Numbered from the whole stretch's first letter, positions 23,928-37,357 are shown. The stretch: 59,711 nt of DNA, filler included, from Sphacelaria rigidula (GCA_964200075.2; 10 parts of 10 records of this genome joined end to end with filler, not necessarily neighbours in it), one strand, 5' to 3'. Made by a program: numbers and translations. Notes: generated by a model from the letters alone, not told the origin.

Positions 23928-26878
23928 GGCGTACTCATTTGTTGCTTGCCTTAGTCGTTTGACCATTGACCACGCATCCCTTTCGAGACGGAGCTTTTTT
24001 GGGGGGGGCAGGGGGGGTATCGTAGAAAGACTCGTTCGTGCCATATGGCAGGTACTTTGTTTTTGTCTCCAGTAGTGGGGCTGGGCTGTGTACTAAACAC
24101 AAGAGCGCCTGTTTATCTTTGTATCGAATGTCTTCATTGTCAAGTTTTCGCCACCCCTCCAAAGACACAACACGGTGGAGTAGCATGAGTGATTCATTTG
24201 ATTTGATCTGATTGCCAAACTTTGGCTAATCCCCCAGGGATCCAGCCGTGATCACATGACAGACGTACCGGAGACAAAATGATGCGGTTCGGTAAAGCAG
24301 GTATCACCAACATTCTGGCAAACGACTACGAAAATACTCCACAGCTACCTCCTCCTCACAACTCCAGCGTAATCCTACATACCACAGCACAAATACTGGC
24401 GATGAACAATCTCCGCAAGCTGGCACAGCACATCCATTTATTGTACAAACACAAATGATCATTCCCACTCTGGCACCTTGAACGCGGTCATGACTCTTTT
24501 TTTGCCCGATTGGGTTGGAAAATCCTGACACGAGTGTTTTTTGTTTTTAGCGTTGTTAAATGGCTCTGCTTTGCGGTGGTGTATAAACTGTTGTGATATC
24601 TTACCCTCTCTGACCATGTTCTATCATGTGAACCATACCATGTAACTGTTGTCACGCATATTTTCTTCCCCGTCTTGTTGCTCGCTGGTAGGTAGGGTGA
24701 CGAATGAAGGACGTTGGAGGTGTGGTTTTATTGAAAGGGTGTCCCAGTTTGTCGACCAAATCAGGTTGCTTCGTCGTGTGGGCGAGTAGATCTGGATTTT
24801 GCGACGATTGACCGTCTCGTAGTAATGCGGCTCTCTCACTGTAATGTAGCGGTAACTTGCTGTGGGCCAGATTCCGCCCGTTTTGCGCACTGCCAATGTG
24901 CGTTTCAGCCCGATTTTAGCGGATCATAGCTATTTGCATCTTTTTGCCGAAAAGGAACCTACCATGAATTATGTCGAGAACTCTCATGTAACTTACAGGG
25001 TAGCGTACAAAGTGTGGTGCGTTGTCAAGGTCCCCCTTCCGTGAGGAGGGGTGGTACCTGATACCTCGTGTCAATTAACCCACCGTAAGTGCTTTCTCGG
25101 AGACTTCTCGCTAGTGACGGACGTTGATACTAACCGTGCGGCGAGCGTACACGGGGCGTGTGTCCGCGAGGTCACACGCGTTCGATCAGATATGTCACGT
25201 TGAGTACTGTGACAAATGGCGCACTTTTGCACACAATACATTCTTGTCATCATTTGTTTTCGCGGGATTGATGGTCGTTTTGAGCAACATCGCGTGGCTT
25301 GTAGAGGGTGTTACATATATCTAACATACGTCCGTAGTAATCAGTTGTTGTGTCCTTGTTGTCGGCGTGCACTATGTCACTTGAAATGCGACAATCAATT
25401 TATCAAATCATCTTGTACGTAGATTGTGTAGCTGTACTTGATACAGCCCCGATCTCGATGAGAGCAGCACCCAGGATGCCACCACAAGAATCACAGGGGA
25501 GCCCTCTGATCACGGGGGGTACACCCGAATGTCGCGAGTAGGTTTTTTCAAGTTGTGAAATCTTGTACCTAGCCTCCTCTGACAAGAGCCTCGTGCCGGC
25601 CGCTGCATGCGGGAAACGGAAAAGCGGGAGAACGAAGAAAGATCCGAGATTTTAAAGGGACAGAGTTGGTGTAACTCGCTTCAACTGGGGTGACCAACCT
25701 GAAATGGGACCCACTAGCCGAATGTCGCCCAGATGTCGCACCTATATAACGCCGCTGCACCCCCGCGGTGTAACTGGAGTAGTGGAAGCAGATTGATGTG
25801 CAAAACTGCCGGTTGCATTTTGTTTCTCCTTCTGGGTCGTGCAACGCTAGGGGTGCACAAACGTTCTCTGGGCCGGCGTACTGTACTGGAGTGAGATACA
25901 GATATTAGCGCACTCGCACTAGTGCAGTTAGGACGAAGTTTCGTCTGAACGTCGGGCGATCCAATCGCAGGCAAACGTCGCAAAATGTGAACCAAAAGGT
26001 CATTGTATTGTTTCACAAGCTGAAAATTCCTCAGAGAGGTTTTTGACCAAAACAGTGCACCGTTACTGTAGCACGACTCTTATGAGACCTTTATGATTTA
26101 CGTCGTTGAAAATGTGAGAGCGTGAGGAGCAGAGGAAGTATGCTTGTCGATTGTCGATGCGATGCGAGAGTGCTGATTCAACGCTCGATACCAAAATGTA
26201 AGGCGTGCATGGTGAGAGAGACTGGTTGATGCCTCGAGACCACGGACTCCTCTCAGACGGAGGGGGAGGGGTTAAAATAAAAGCGTGACGAAGAGCAAAT
26301 AAATGGGACCGGCGCGTGCTGAAAGTTTTTTTTCTGCACAATGAAGTTTGAAAATCCTACACCTCAAGGAGCGGAACTGTATCACAAATCAGCCAGTACT
26401 GGACACGGGGTTTGGGTTCCCTTCTGGCGACAAAAGAGGTATCGAGTTTGCACTCTGTGTCCCGGGGTTGTGATCAGAAGCAGTCGAGTGGGAAGCGGGG
26501 CGACCAGGCCTCACCCTGATGGCACCCTGGCTGCTGCACATCACGTTGCGCTGTATCTACAGCAACACGGCAAAAGGTGACGTGACACTCAATATCCTGG
26601 GCACACGAGTCTGCTCATGTGCGGCTGAACATGGGGGTACCTGGAGCAACAGAAATAACACCAGCTGTGCTCTCCTGTAGTTCGTGTCGGAATAATGACA
26701 CTGATGAAGTACACACATGCTACAGTTGGCTTGAGGAAGTCAAGCTTCAAAACCGTCCTACATAATGTTCTCTTGTTTGTTCCCTTTTCCTTCGGCCTTT
26801 CCGCTGCGTTTGTTTTTCGTTTCGTGCCGTGTATTGCCTGGAACCGTCACTCCATTTTGTGCATCTTACTTTTTGAAG

Positions 26879-26950
26879 GTTAATCCGCAGGCGGTCAACC
26901 AACTGCGACTACCCGTGACTATACTCGACGGAACTGTCAAGAGGCTAGAG
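26879..26950 (+). CDS. VPS13: VPS13-family chorein-N domain, exon A
   Basis: aag| VNPQAVNQLRLPVTILDGTVKRLE |gttcgt. 72 bp, phase 0. Confidence 0.8.
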
Positions 26951-27654
26951 GTTCGTCTCCCGTCATAGGGTAACGAGTATATGCAAGAGCAGCACACCAC
27001 ACCAGGGTCCGAAAGCACCGTCTTATGGGGGAGAGGTTAATCAAGTAGCAGCATGGCCTCTGACATGAGAGCCGCATTTTCGTAGGCACGCCCGTTGTTC
27101 AGTACACATTCTGGTTTTTGTCCACTTTTCACTTCGTTGAGTTGTACCCTTGTGCGATGAGTACTCCTACCATATTCAGATGCATCAGCAATTTGACTCT
27201 ATACCAGGTACATATGGAAGGGAATTTGCAAGGGTTTCCGTCGACGGGATAGGCCTGGAAGCCTAGAGCCTAGGTTTATTGAACAAATATAAAAAACAGT
27301 TAATCGATTTTGAGCGTCTGGCTCATCTGCGCTGTCAGCTCGCTAGCCATGTCGGTGTTGTCTCTGCCAGTCACGCTGCCCTGAATGCCATTCTTTGAAC
27401 ATGGAACTTTATAACGTGCCCAGGAGACCGCATCAAGCGTTCCAACATCATGGGACACCCCCCCCAAGAAGCGGGAAGCACGAGTCGAGCAAAGGGCAGA
27501 CGTGGGTATTTTTCAATCATCGTGTTTTGTTCTCGTCATTGCGGGTATGGCGATCGGATGAAGGAGTTCGTGATAAATATGAACATGTTCACATTGATGT
27601 CGTGATGCAAGGGGCCGGCATTGCCTGTGTTTCTGTCGTACTTGACTCATTCAG

Positions 27655-27864
27655 GTGCACATTCCATGGGCACAACTCGGCAGCAAGCCGGTGAAGGTTT
27701 TCATAGAGGGAGTTTGCGTTTTGATGGCACCGGTAGATAAAGACTCGTGGGACGACGAGGAGGTGCATGCCAGAGCGCTGGACATGAAGCGAAAGTGGCT
27801 TCACAGGGTCGAACAGGAGCTTTTGAAGAAGAAAATGAGGAAAAAGAAGGGGGATCCGAACAAG
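27655..27864 (+). CDS. VPS13: VPS13-family chorein-N domain, exon B
   Basis: cag| VHIPWAQLGSKPVKVFIEGVCVLMAP...ALDMKRKWLHRVEQELL..DPNK |gttggt. IPW..L...PV...IEG is the chorein motif. Confidence 0.9.
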
Positions 27865-28336
27865 GTTGGTTCGCAGCCGTTGCACACGGGGGATATACTG
27901 CCTGTTTGCTGCCCCTCGTCGTTGTGTTACATACCTGAAGTGTGCGGATTGATACGTGTGTACGAAGGTGGGCTTCCCAGGAAAAGGGGAGGTGGAATAT
28001 GAAGGAATCTTCCGAAAGTCCGGTCGAATCATATGCACACATTTCTCTGCACCACCAGCGGTATCATTATAGTTTTTCCTGTTCCCCATGACAAGGCCAG
28101 CTAGCACATATAATATCGTAGTGACAGCAGTTTAGAGTAGTGCTGTGCGAGGTGTCAGAAACGCCGAGGCAAAAAAAAAACGAACGGCAAACGACAAGAA
28201 CGAGTACGTCGTACTCATGGACTGAATGTTCTGCCATCTATTTTGACCAAAGCAGCCAACCATCTGATCGTACCCGCGAAAAAAGCTCTGGATGTACCTT
28301 TTCCAGACTCGGTTTCTCCCAGAATTACCCCATTAA

Positions 28337-28535
28337 AGAGTTTCGGAAAACGCCTTTTTGTCATTTCAGAGGTAAAAAATCTCAGGATCAGAGTGCAGAA
28401 TAAAAAAAAACCACCTCGTAGAAAAAAAGTGAAGGGGATACCACATTTGACGGAGGGGGAAATCATTTTTCGTTGCACTCTGATGCTGAGATATTTGCAC
28501 CCTGAAATTACAAAAAAAAGCGTTTCACGAAATTA
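28337..28535. mobile_element. Second copy of the MITE at 18867-19075 (in VPS13 intron)
   Basis: Same TIRs and internal ccacat.tgacggaggg motif. Confidence 0.75.
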
Positions 28536-29635
28536 TCTATCGTCGGCCTTCCGTTGTGGCTGAAGTTCTGCCTGAAAGTGGACGTTCATGCAAGCACGAA
28601 TTTTGTCAAGCATTTCTACCACACCACCAAAATCAAGCACTAAGGCGAATTATTTTCGGCGCGGTTGTTTCAGAGATCTCGGAACGCTTCAGATTTTTCG
28701 GACTGTGCGTTCAGACTTTTCAGAAAACGAAGCGATATGATTCTTTGTCCGAAGCTTCAGTTTTAGAAAAGTCTGAAAAGTTCGGACTGCAACGTAACAC
28801 TTCGGAGAGCTGTCGTGTGAAAAGGCCGTGGCGCTCGCAAGCGTTCGAGAATCATCAGGTACATGCCAGCCCCGACAATCTCGGAGATTTCCGAATAAAC
28901 GGTGTCGATGATAATGGGCCTAATACTAGCCACTAACCCCCCCCCCTCCCCCCCGAATCCAACGTTGAACCTAATATTGTACGTTCTCCAAGACGAATCT
29001 GAGCTGTCTGCTTCGTGGGCAGAGCTCCGAACCCAACAATTTTGGCAGAGGTCGTGTGTTCGTATCGGTAGTGCGTATGTCAGGTGTATCGGTGCTGTTA
29101 TGTCGAGGGCCGTACCCTTATTCAGGCTTTCTTGCGTAGAAGTATCCTGTTGTACCCGATTGTGTCGTTTGCTCAAAACTAAATCCCATGCACTTTACCC
29201 GTAGGCTCGAGACTTCACGGACTTCTGACGAAACGTGTTTAGAAACAAATAGCATCATGCCAGCGATACTTTCGGAAATGTTCCGGCGACTGGATCTTGC
29301 CGGGGGTATCATCGGCATCGCTTGTGCTGTCAGAACGCCTCACTGAAGAACACTTTTGAACAATCACAAGGGACCCAAAAGCATATCGCAGGTGAATGAT
29401 GATATGTCATGCTACCGCAAGCAATTCACTATGCGCAACTAGACTGCAGTATGTTTGACACTAAAGTAGCGTAGCCCTGGTTGCCCGCTATTGTCAGTAT
29501 CATGGTGAGAACCGAACGTCAAGGTCGTTTGTCTCTGTTGCTCAAATAAGTGAGAGCTATGACGCACACACGCTGCTCGGTGCGCGTGTGTGCTCGTGGT
29601 GGCGTTCTGCTTTTTTTCTTTTCGTCTCGGAACAG

Positions 29636-29712
29636 AGCAAAGGTTTCGCGGAGAAGCTTGTTCAGCGCATCGTAGACAACATCGAGATAAAGATAAAGAA
29701 CGTCCACATCAG
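29636..29712 (+). CDS. VPS13: VPS13-family N-terminus, exon C
   Basis: cag| SKGFAEKLVQRIVDNIEIKIKNVHI(R) |gtgagt. Matches the conserved I.DN.Q/E..I.N.HIRYED motif. Confidence 0.9.
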
Positions 29713-29808
29713 GTGAGTACGCCCCCCCCCCCCCCCCCCAACACACGCCCACCCGCCCCCCCCTCCACCACCACCCCCCCCCCCCTGCCCCACCCCCCCG
29801 GAGCCCAC

Positions 29809-29908
29809 NNNNNNNNNNNNNNNNNNNNNNNNNNNNNNNNNNNNNNNNNNNNTTAATTAATTAANNNNNNNNNNNNNNNNNNNNNNNNNNNNNNNNNNNN
29901 NNNNNNNN
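29809..29908. other. Artificial scaffold linker
   Basis: Same 100-bp linker. Confidence 0.98.
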
Positions 29909-30864
29909 ACAGACAGCTTTTCTTCATGCACTGTTGATTGTCCATACCAAATTTCACTTTCCAACTCCAAGAAAAAAATTGCGAATTCGCCTGCGAAGTA
30001 CAAATCCACTTGTAGGCAGGCCCAGCCTGTACTCCACTTCAGCATGACTTCTTCAACCCCTCCCCCACGAGACTGATTTGGATAATGACCCTGGTTCTCT
30101 TCACTACCCGCGTCCCTACAACTGATCACGTGAGTTTGCGTGGTGAACCATGGCAAATGTCATGCGTGGTAACGAGCGCGGGTATGCACGGTGGAGAGTG
30201 GGGGGTAGTCAATGGTAGCAGTGCGGAAAATTAACTAAAACATAACAAGTCTACTGCAGATACCTGTACGGCTCCTTGTTGAATTCGTCATTTATCTCAC
30301 TCCTTATCGCTATGTACGTGACCTTGGTGACGGAATTCACGTTCGGCAAATTCTGAACTGGCCTACGGTAGGCTATATCGGAACGCAAAACTGATGGCGC
30401 TGCCATTTGAAACCTAGATGCATCCTGCGGTATGGTTTTTATCCATAAAGACCCACGACGCGTATGTACCACCACATGGTGCGGTTACACTACAATCATA
30501 CGATTTCAAACGCACGTTATATAGAGGATGCCACAAGGGGACTTCAGATTTGTTGAGATAACCCCATTACTCACAAACAACGGCTCGTGTTGGAAGAACA
30601 CTGAGCTTTCCATACATGCAGCAGAGGGACTGCTATAATAGGTTGAATCACCATCATCTGATATCTGTGTGCAACCGGAGACAGGACGGACGTGTACGAC
30701 ACTGTACTGTAGTGCAGACAATACATGACTATACTTCATCTTGCAAAGGCAGTGAACCCTGGGCCCCGCAGCTGCCCTCAAACCCAGAAATCCAAAACAA
30801 AACTGCGCAAAACAAAGTACAGAAAAAAAAATGAAAATATGTATACCTGTAAACATATACTCAC

Positions 30865-31031
30865 AAAGTAGTCGTAGATTTCCTGGGGCGTATCCCGGAC
30901 CTGTTCCGATACCGTTCCCCACAGAACGCCGTCAGGGGCGTAAAGAGCCGCCGTGTTCTTAGGTGCATCGGAGCCACCCGCCGTGACCGTATCTCGCCAC
31001 CTTGCCACCGTCGCCAGCACTTGATTCTGGT
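30865..31031 (-). CDS. Exon 3: N-terminal half of CaMKII-AD/SnoaL-like (iota-CA/COG4875) domain
   Basis: cag| (D)QNQVLATVARWRDTVTAGGSDAPKNTAALYAPDGVLWGTVSEQVRDTPQEIYDYF |gtgagt. The W...Y.PD.VL..TVS..VR.....I.DYF pattern is typical of this family. Confidence 0.85.
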
Positions 31032-33806
31032 CTGTGTGTTCAACGAAGGTTCAGGGCAAGGGGGCCGGGCTCATGTTAATATTGTGAACTAAAACGGAGA
31101 TATGAGAACCGGCTGAGTAAAACGGAGAGTTGAGAACCGGCTGGGTTCCCATCTTAGAACTGAGCAATCTTGAGTGGACTGATCATTGGTTCAAGCCTTT
31201 GACCGCCAGGGTGGGTCTTGGGTTTCACGCTTCCAACCAACTCTCATGGCAGGTTTTATATGCAAACAAAACAACAAAAAAGCGGCAACGGAGCAAGCGT
31301 CCGATAGCAGCAGTTTGATAAGTCGCCGAGATCATAGACCCGCCCGACGGTCAATCAACTTGCTGCTTTGGACACTTGTTCCCCTTCGTGCTTGTTTTTT
31401 CTTGTCTCAAAAAACACGACCTGGCCAAATCTCACCGGGGCCGCGGGGAGGGGGAGGGTAATCCGCTCGGACCCAAACATTTTGGATTCACAGCTGTTTG
31501 TTTCGAGGGTTTCCGATGAGAGCCAAGAGTGAGAGTACCCCCAAAATCCATGCCAGGTAATCCGGATAATTTCGTATTCAGGCAACGGCCTAGGGCTGTT
31601 CGCTGTATTTACGACACTTTCTTGACGGTTACAGTCTGGTGTGCCGGCATCGTGGTGTCATGTGCGTGAACAAATTGCAGCTCGGTGTACAGCTCAGTAG
31701 AGCGAGGCGGGGACAGCACGCGCGTGACGCCTGCTGCCAATACTCCAGCCGCTCAGTCAAAAATCTTGTTTCGCCCATAACAACCATCACGGCTATCGAG
31801 TTGTGAACAAAAACTCTAGGCAAGTCACGTGTAGGGCCGTGCGGTTGTCGACAACATGCGACGTTGTTTAAAATATGAATCCTATAGTTTCCGACACCAA
31901 CCCATGCTACATCGAGCAATGAACGGAGCTTCAAGTATCGACGGATAGGAGAGAAAAAAAAATCCAGCCAAAACCGATTCAGGGCTAGAGCGTTGTCCTA
32001 CCTTCCAACAGGGTCTAGTCACATGCATCAAAAACAAAGAACAAATGTATTCTACAAAAGCTTGATAATTTCATGCTTTTAGAAAACCAAAAAGCTTACA
32101 CCGAAGTTGAGTTTTGGTACCATTTCTCTGCTGTCCTCTTCAAGTGTAACCGTTCTTATGCACGGTCACAGTTACCAAATTCGAAATGCGGGTCGTTTTC
32201 GGTGATCAGGGAAAATCTCAACTTCACTCAAATCAACGGAGTGATCAAACGTAACTTCTTCACACCTTGGAAAATATATGGCCACTAGCTGTTACCGACA
32301 ACAAATGTACTGCATAAAGTATTGGCCTATTGCGATTATTGTCATCCGGTTATTTCGTGTTATATTTTTTGTGTAGAACTAAAGTTATTATGACCTCTGT
32401 GTGACCCGAACCGCTAACTAATAACGCCGGGCTAGTCAACCCGGACCGCCTTCCTGGGGCTGCCATCATCCAATCCCCAGTCCTGAAGTGTCATTCTCTC
32501 GTGTCAAGATGTTCCCTCGTGGGTGCATCCCCCTCCGTCAGTTTTGTACCTCAACCCAAACCGGCTTGCATAGTCCATCCTGTTCAAGTCCACGTCGCGG
32601 CTCCGCACACTCCATACCGTTTCACCGAGTGAGAAGCTACACCCTACACACCCACCCACCGTCCGGGTAGGATAAGTCACACTCACTGTCCGACTGTGTC
32701 CTACACTACTTCTTGTAATATAATATTGTAATGAATAATCACAAAATAAAGCCAGTCCTCCAACACAAAGATAGAAGTGACCAGTGCTGGGTATGGGATC
32801 AGCAAGAGGCGGTTTGAATCAAAATTATCGAATAAACCGCAGCCTGCCCTCCCTCCCCCACAAAGGAGCAATGCTGGGGGTAGGAGAGGACGGGGCGGGG
32901 GGTGGGAGTAAGGGGAGGGGGGGTGTGGGGGAGTGAAGGTTGAAGGGGAATATCGTTGTTGTTTGTATCTAGCATGGTTGACGGTGTGGGGTGACATCAA
33001 TGACGTCATTGAGTACACCTCTCGCCTGTACGAGTAGTCATCGTTACAGTACTGTCTTTTGTACCCGAGTTTACCGTTCCCTGTGGTTCAGGTTGTCATC
33101 AATATACGTACGTACTACGTGCCATCTCGAAACACCGTGGGCAGGGGAAGGCAGTACTCTCCCCGACAAGAATGCAGATGCCGACCAAATAAATGGGGCA
33201 TGGGGAGGGCGTACCGTAGCCCTCTTTAACAATGCCGACAGCAGTAGACTCGACCTTGCTGTACGAGCGATCTCTGGCGCGCTACCGTATGTACGTTATG
33301 CTTCGAGTTTTGTAACGGTCTACATCAGTGAGGAAGGTGAAGCTTGAAAAATTCCGATGGCTACGCAACGCAGAGCACTCGCAAATGGTATTTTTTTTCG
33401 CCTGCGACGATTGTTGGCTTGTGGTTGAAGAAGCGTCACTTCCATCCTTCGTCTCACACGAGAGGGGCAAACACTGTCGTCGGGCCATTACTTTACAAGA
33501 TGGGTTTCACTGTATTGGATGCACGCCATTCTGCGCCATGTGCCCCACTGTAACCACACGCGGCGGAAAGGACAACCCCGAGCGGGAAAAAGTGCTCGTA
33601 ATATAGAGCGCACATTTTAACAGGTCGGAAACGAAAACAAGCGGTGGGGGCATTACCCCCGACGCTGCACCCGAGACGAACCGCTCGTACACCAACAACA
33701 AAAACCACCCCTCCCCCCCCCCGCCGCCGCCCAATCTCATCTCCGAGAAGAACACAGCAACTCCTGACCTCAATCTCTCCTCTCGCAGCCCTCCCAATTA
33801 ACACAC

Positions 33807-34028
33807 CTTGAGCTGCCATCACGCCCATCCCGGAAGGCACCGGCGGTGGCGCCGTTGTCGTTACGGCTTGTGCCTGCTCTGGCATCAAAAGCGTAGAAGA
33901 CATCGCCAGGCCCGCCATGCCCATGGCAGCCGACATCTCTTCCACCATCCTCTGCCTGGACGTTGAGGCACTGCTTTCGACCTGGGCAGTCATGGTCCTC
34001 CGCACGCACGGCCGCCATTGTTGGCATC
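33807..34028 (-). CDS. Exon 2: transit peptide plus lumen-signal-like segment
   Basis: tag| (G)CQQWRPCVRRTMTAQVESSASTSRQRMVEEMSAAMGMAGLAMSSTLLMPEQAQAVTTTAPPPVPSGMGVMAAQ G|gtgtgt. Phase 1/1, with a CT-rich tract upstream. Confidence 0.75.
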
Positions 34029-34070
34029 CTATTCGATGGTTCATGTGTATGTGTGTAGGGAGGAGGGGTG

Positions 34071-34106
<36 letters not shown>

Positions 34107-34661
34107 AATCAGCACGGCGTCTGGGTGTGTACCCTCATCGTATCCATCCATGAATGAGACACGTGCCCAACAGAAGCTACAGAAGCAAAAAGAAGAAGCA
34201 GGTGCGCGTCACTACTTACTGTGGTGTAACAGTCTGCTGTCCCATTTTGCGGTACTATTATCTCAGGAGGTAGAGAGCAATTAGGTGGATGCACAGGTAA
34301 GGCGTAGGGGGTCTTGTTCGGAGAACGCTGCGACAACTCAACCGGGAATGATGCCGTTGCGTTTCAAAAATTGTCAAGACCTCACAGACACACACGCAAT
34401 CGGGGGGGGGGGGGAAGAATCTCTGAGATGTGACGCGTTCGTACAACGAGCAATAAAATACCGAACACTCCCCATGTATGCAAAACTACCGCAAATACAC
34501 GTGTTTGGGAGGCACATTTACGGCAACCACAGAGTACAGGCGGTCCCCTACAACAGTACCTTGGTGGCACCAGCAAGGCATAGCTACGACGATCGTCAGG
34601 TATCTCGGATTCAAATATCCGTGCCTCATGCGGCCGTACTGCACTTGGTAACTCTGCTCAC

Positions 34662-34773
34662 CTATGGTATTGGTCGTCGGGTGCACGAAGGCAGCGACAC
34701 TCGAGGGCGATGTGCCCAGCATGTGGGATACACACGCCAGGAAGAGGGCACTTTGTCCCACCGTGAAGCCCAT
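34662..34773 (-). CDS. Exon 1 of plastid-targeted iota-carbonic-anhydrase-like (CaMKII-AD/COG4875) protein: signal peptide
   Basis: ATG at 34773. MGFTVGQSALFLACVSHMLGTSPSSVAA-FVHPTTNTI G|gtgagc. ASAFAP-like cleavage motif, phase 1. Confidence 0.78.
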
Positions 34774-35359
34774 GCCAAATCAAGGGTTAGCTTTGACCGA
34801 TGTTTTGTTGCTGCGATTGCTCTGCGCGTTCTGCTCTGCGTGAACTCTCGGGGACGAGTGTCGGCGTCGTTCCGGGAATATTGTCGTTTGTGACGGCACG
34901 TGGATACAACGAAGGCGATGAAGTTGAACAAGGACCCAGTGACTAACGGTTACTGACAGGATCCGAATATCCTAAAATGAAGGACATGCGGTGAAACTTC
35001 GAGTTTGAAACTGTCATTCTCGCGGATGTCTAATATATCCTGGCAACACGGATAGTAAAGTACAGTCGTCGATATCTGGACGCTCTGGTACGCGTTGTGC
35101 GGCGATACTTTGTTCATCACTAGACTGAAGTACTGCAGAATACTGTGCGCGATCTCCTACGGGGCATAGTCAGCATGGTATATACAGTTCTTGGACCACC
35201 GCGGTTCAACTAGAGAAAGTGCAATAAGAGTGTAAAGTACATAAAGAAGTCAAGGCAGGCGTGCCGCGGGTCCGCCGTGCAGCCCATCGGAGGCTGCTTG
35301 CAGACGCTATAACGCCTGCTTCAAAAATAGGCTGTTCACGGTGATATCATACGTGTATC

Positions 35360-35506
35360 ATGGCGAGTGAGGTGGCAGCGGTGGCGGGGAAGAGCACGGA
35401 GGGCAGGGGGTTCACCACGTTGACTCACACCATGCGCGAGCGCTTGTCCGAAAAGAATGGACCCCACAAGACGGTGTTCGGTGTTCTTTCCAACGAAAAG
35501 TACAAG
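35360..35506 (+). CDS. Putative first exon of an unknown gene, divergent from the iota-CA-like gene
   Basis: tcATGG context. MASEVAAVAGKSTEGRGFTTLTHTMRERLSEKNGPHKTVFGVLSNEKYK|gtattc, GC-rich codon usage. No family recognised. Confidence 0.45.
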
Positions 35507-35789
35507 GTATTCGGGTGTAAGAGCCTTTATCCGTATCAGTACGGTTGCCGCACCGCGTTGCACGCGGAACCATGTGCACCGCACGTGCTCTACTACAGGT
35601 CGTACTTCGAAGCATCCCGTTGTTCTGTGACTCCACACTGACCAACGGAGATGAATAACGTACCGCCTGTCGTGTATCGCATAGTGGCCATGAACCCACC
35701 ACCGGTACAACAGTACAGCTTTTTCCCTCGTGCTCGTGCTTCACCCCCCCCCCCCAAGGGGCCCTACAGACTGGAAAACGGTTTATACC

Positions 35790-35889
35790 NNNNNNNNNNN
35801 NNNNNNNNNNNNNNNNNNNNNNNNNNNNNNNNNTTAATTAATTAANNNNNNNNNNNNNNNNNNNNNNNNNNNNNNNNNNNNNNNNNNNN
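35790..35889. other. Artificial scaffold linker
   Basis: Same 100-bp linker. Confidence 0.98.
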
Positions 35890-36304
35890 TGAGTACGCCC
35901 CCCCCCCCCGTTACTTGTCTGCCAATTTGATAACCAGCGCTGCGTAAGCATTCCTGTAGGCCGTTGGCCTGCATGAATTGGTCTACTGCTCATGTTCTTC
36001 CGTCTTTGGACCACGGGGTTCCCGCATTGTCCGGTCATACCGGACTGGCGGCCCTAACCCAAACGTCAAGAGCCGTACCGTTCGCTGACCATTTGAATCG
36101 AGACACAGGAAGAACAGGGTTACCAGAGGTAACCTGAAAATACCGTGTATCTCCTTTCGCCTAGACTTGACATTTTTCGTGTGCCCTCTATTCATACTGA
36201 ATCTCCCGATGAATTCACGTCGTCACGTTTTTGACCTCATGTTTCGCATTCATGCACCTTCCGTGGTGTCCCCTGTGGTGCGTGCATATGCTCACACTCC
36301 CCAG

Positions 36305-36422
36305 GCTGATGGACGACTGCCGGAGAACCAACGACGGAACTATAGTTCTGTGTTTCATGCGCTGTACAGGATCGCCAAAGACGAGGGGGTTCTCACGTAT
36401 TGGCGTGGTGGCAGCACGACCG
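36305..36422 (+). CDS. Mitochondrial carrier (2-oxoglutarate/malate or dicarboxylate type), internal exon
   Basis: cag| ADGRLPENQRRNYSSVFHALYRIAKDEGVLTYWRGGSTT G|gtaaat. ADGRLP..QRRNY is the OGC/DIC subfamily signature. Confidence 0.93.
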
Positions 36423-37357
36423 GTAAATTTCGGTAGAGTATACTTGCTCTAAATGTTGTTGTATACCATTTCTTTGACCATCCGTGTGGTCTGAGGTGTT
36501 GTCCAGGGTATGTGAGCGCTTCGCTATGAGGTTTCTTATTGGTCTTAGATGCACTATTCGTAAATGGCATTTAAGTCGAAGACTGTTGTATTGGCAGATA
36601 TGCCGACTCACCTGAGCGTCACTAGTTTACTTCGCGGCCCAAAGTAGTGTCCTTTGGACGTCCATGCTTTTCGACACTTCCTACGTCGATCATCTCCCAA
36701 GGTTTCCAAAGGATGGTCTTGGTAGGCATACTATAGATGAGCGCTTAGTGGACATAGGCGGTCAGCAGGAGTGATGCGACACTCAATTCGTTTGCTGCTT
36801 GCCCTAGTCGTTTGACCATGGGACACGCCTTCCTTTCGAGATGGAGCACCATGCCTACTCCCGATGAAGACACCTCCAACATTCCGGCGTTCACTACGCT
36901 TCTTCCATACACTACACAAGACCTGTTACATATCTCATCCTCGTCCTGGTTCTCCGTCTGCGGCCACCATCTCCTAGTATAGCCATCGTTTTCTCGCTAC
37001 TGTCCAATGTATCAAACGAGTTCGTGCCACCTTTATGATGGAGGCGGGGGGAGGGGAGGCAGAAAGCATCCCGTTTTTCTCATCATCTCTTTCATTCCGC
37101 TCACGGGTAGGACGCTATCTTCGCGCATCCATGGTTGACCACTGGTGCGACTCCCTCTGATATTTGGCTATACTGAGACGGCAATAGCCTGCGGGCCGCC
37201 TATGTACGGAAAATTGTGATGCGCGGCATGTGGGTTGCGACGAACTTTGGTGATGCAAGTGTCTTGCCTTTCTGCCACATACAGCTGTTCCGAAGCCCCA
37301 ACGTGCTTTCCTTCCGCGCCAATTTGTTTTCGTGTGTGTGTGGGAAACTGCTGCTAG

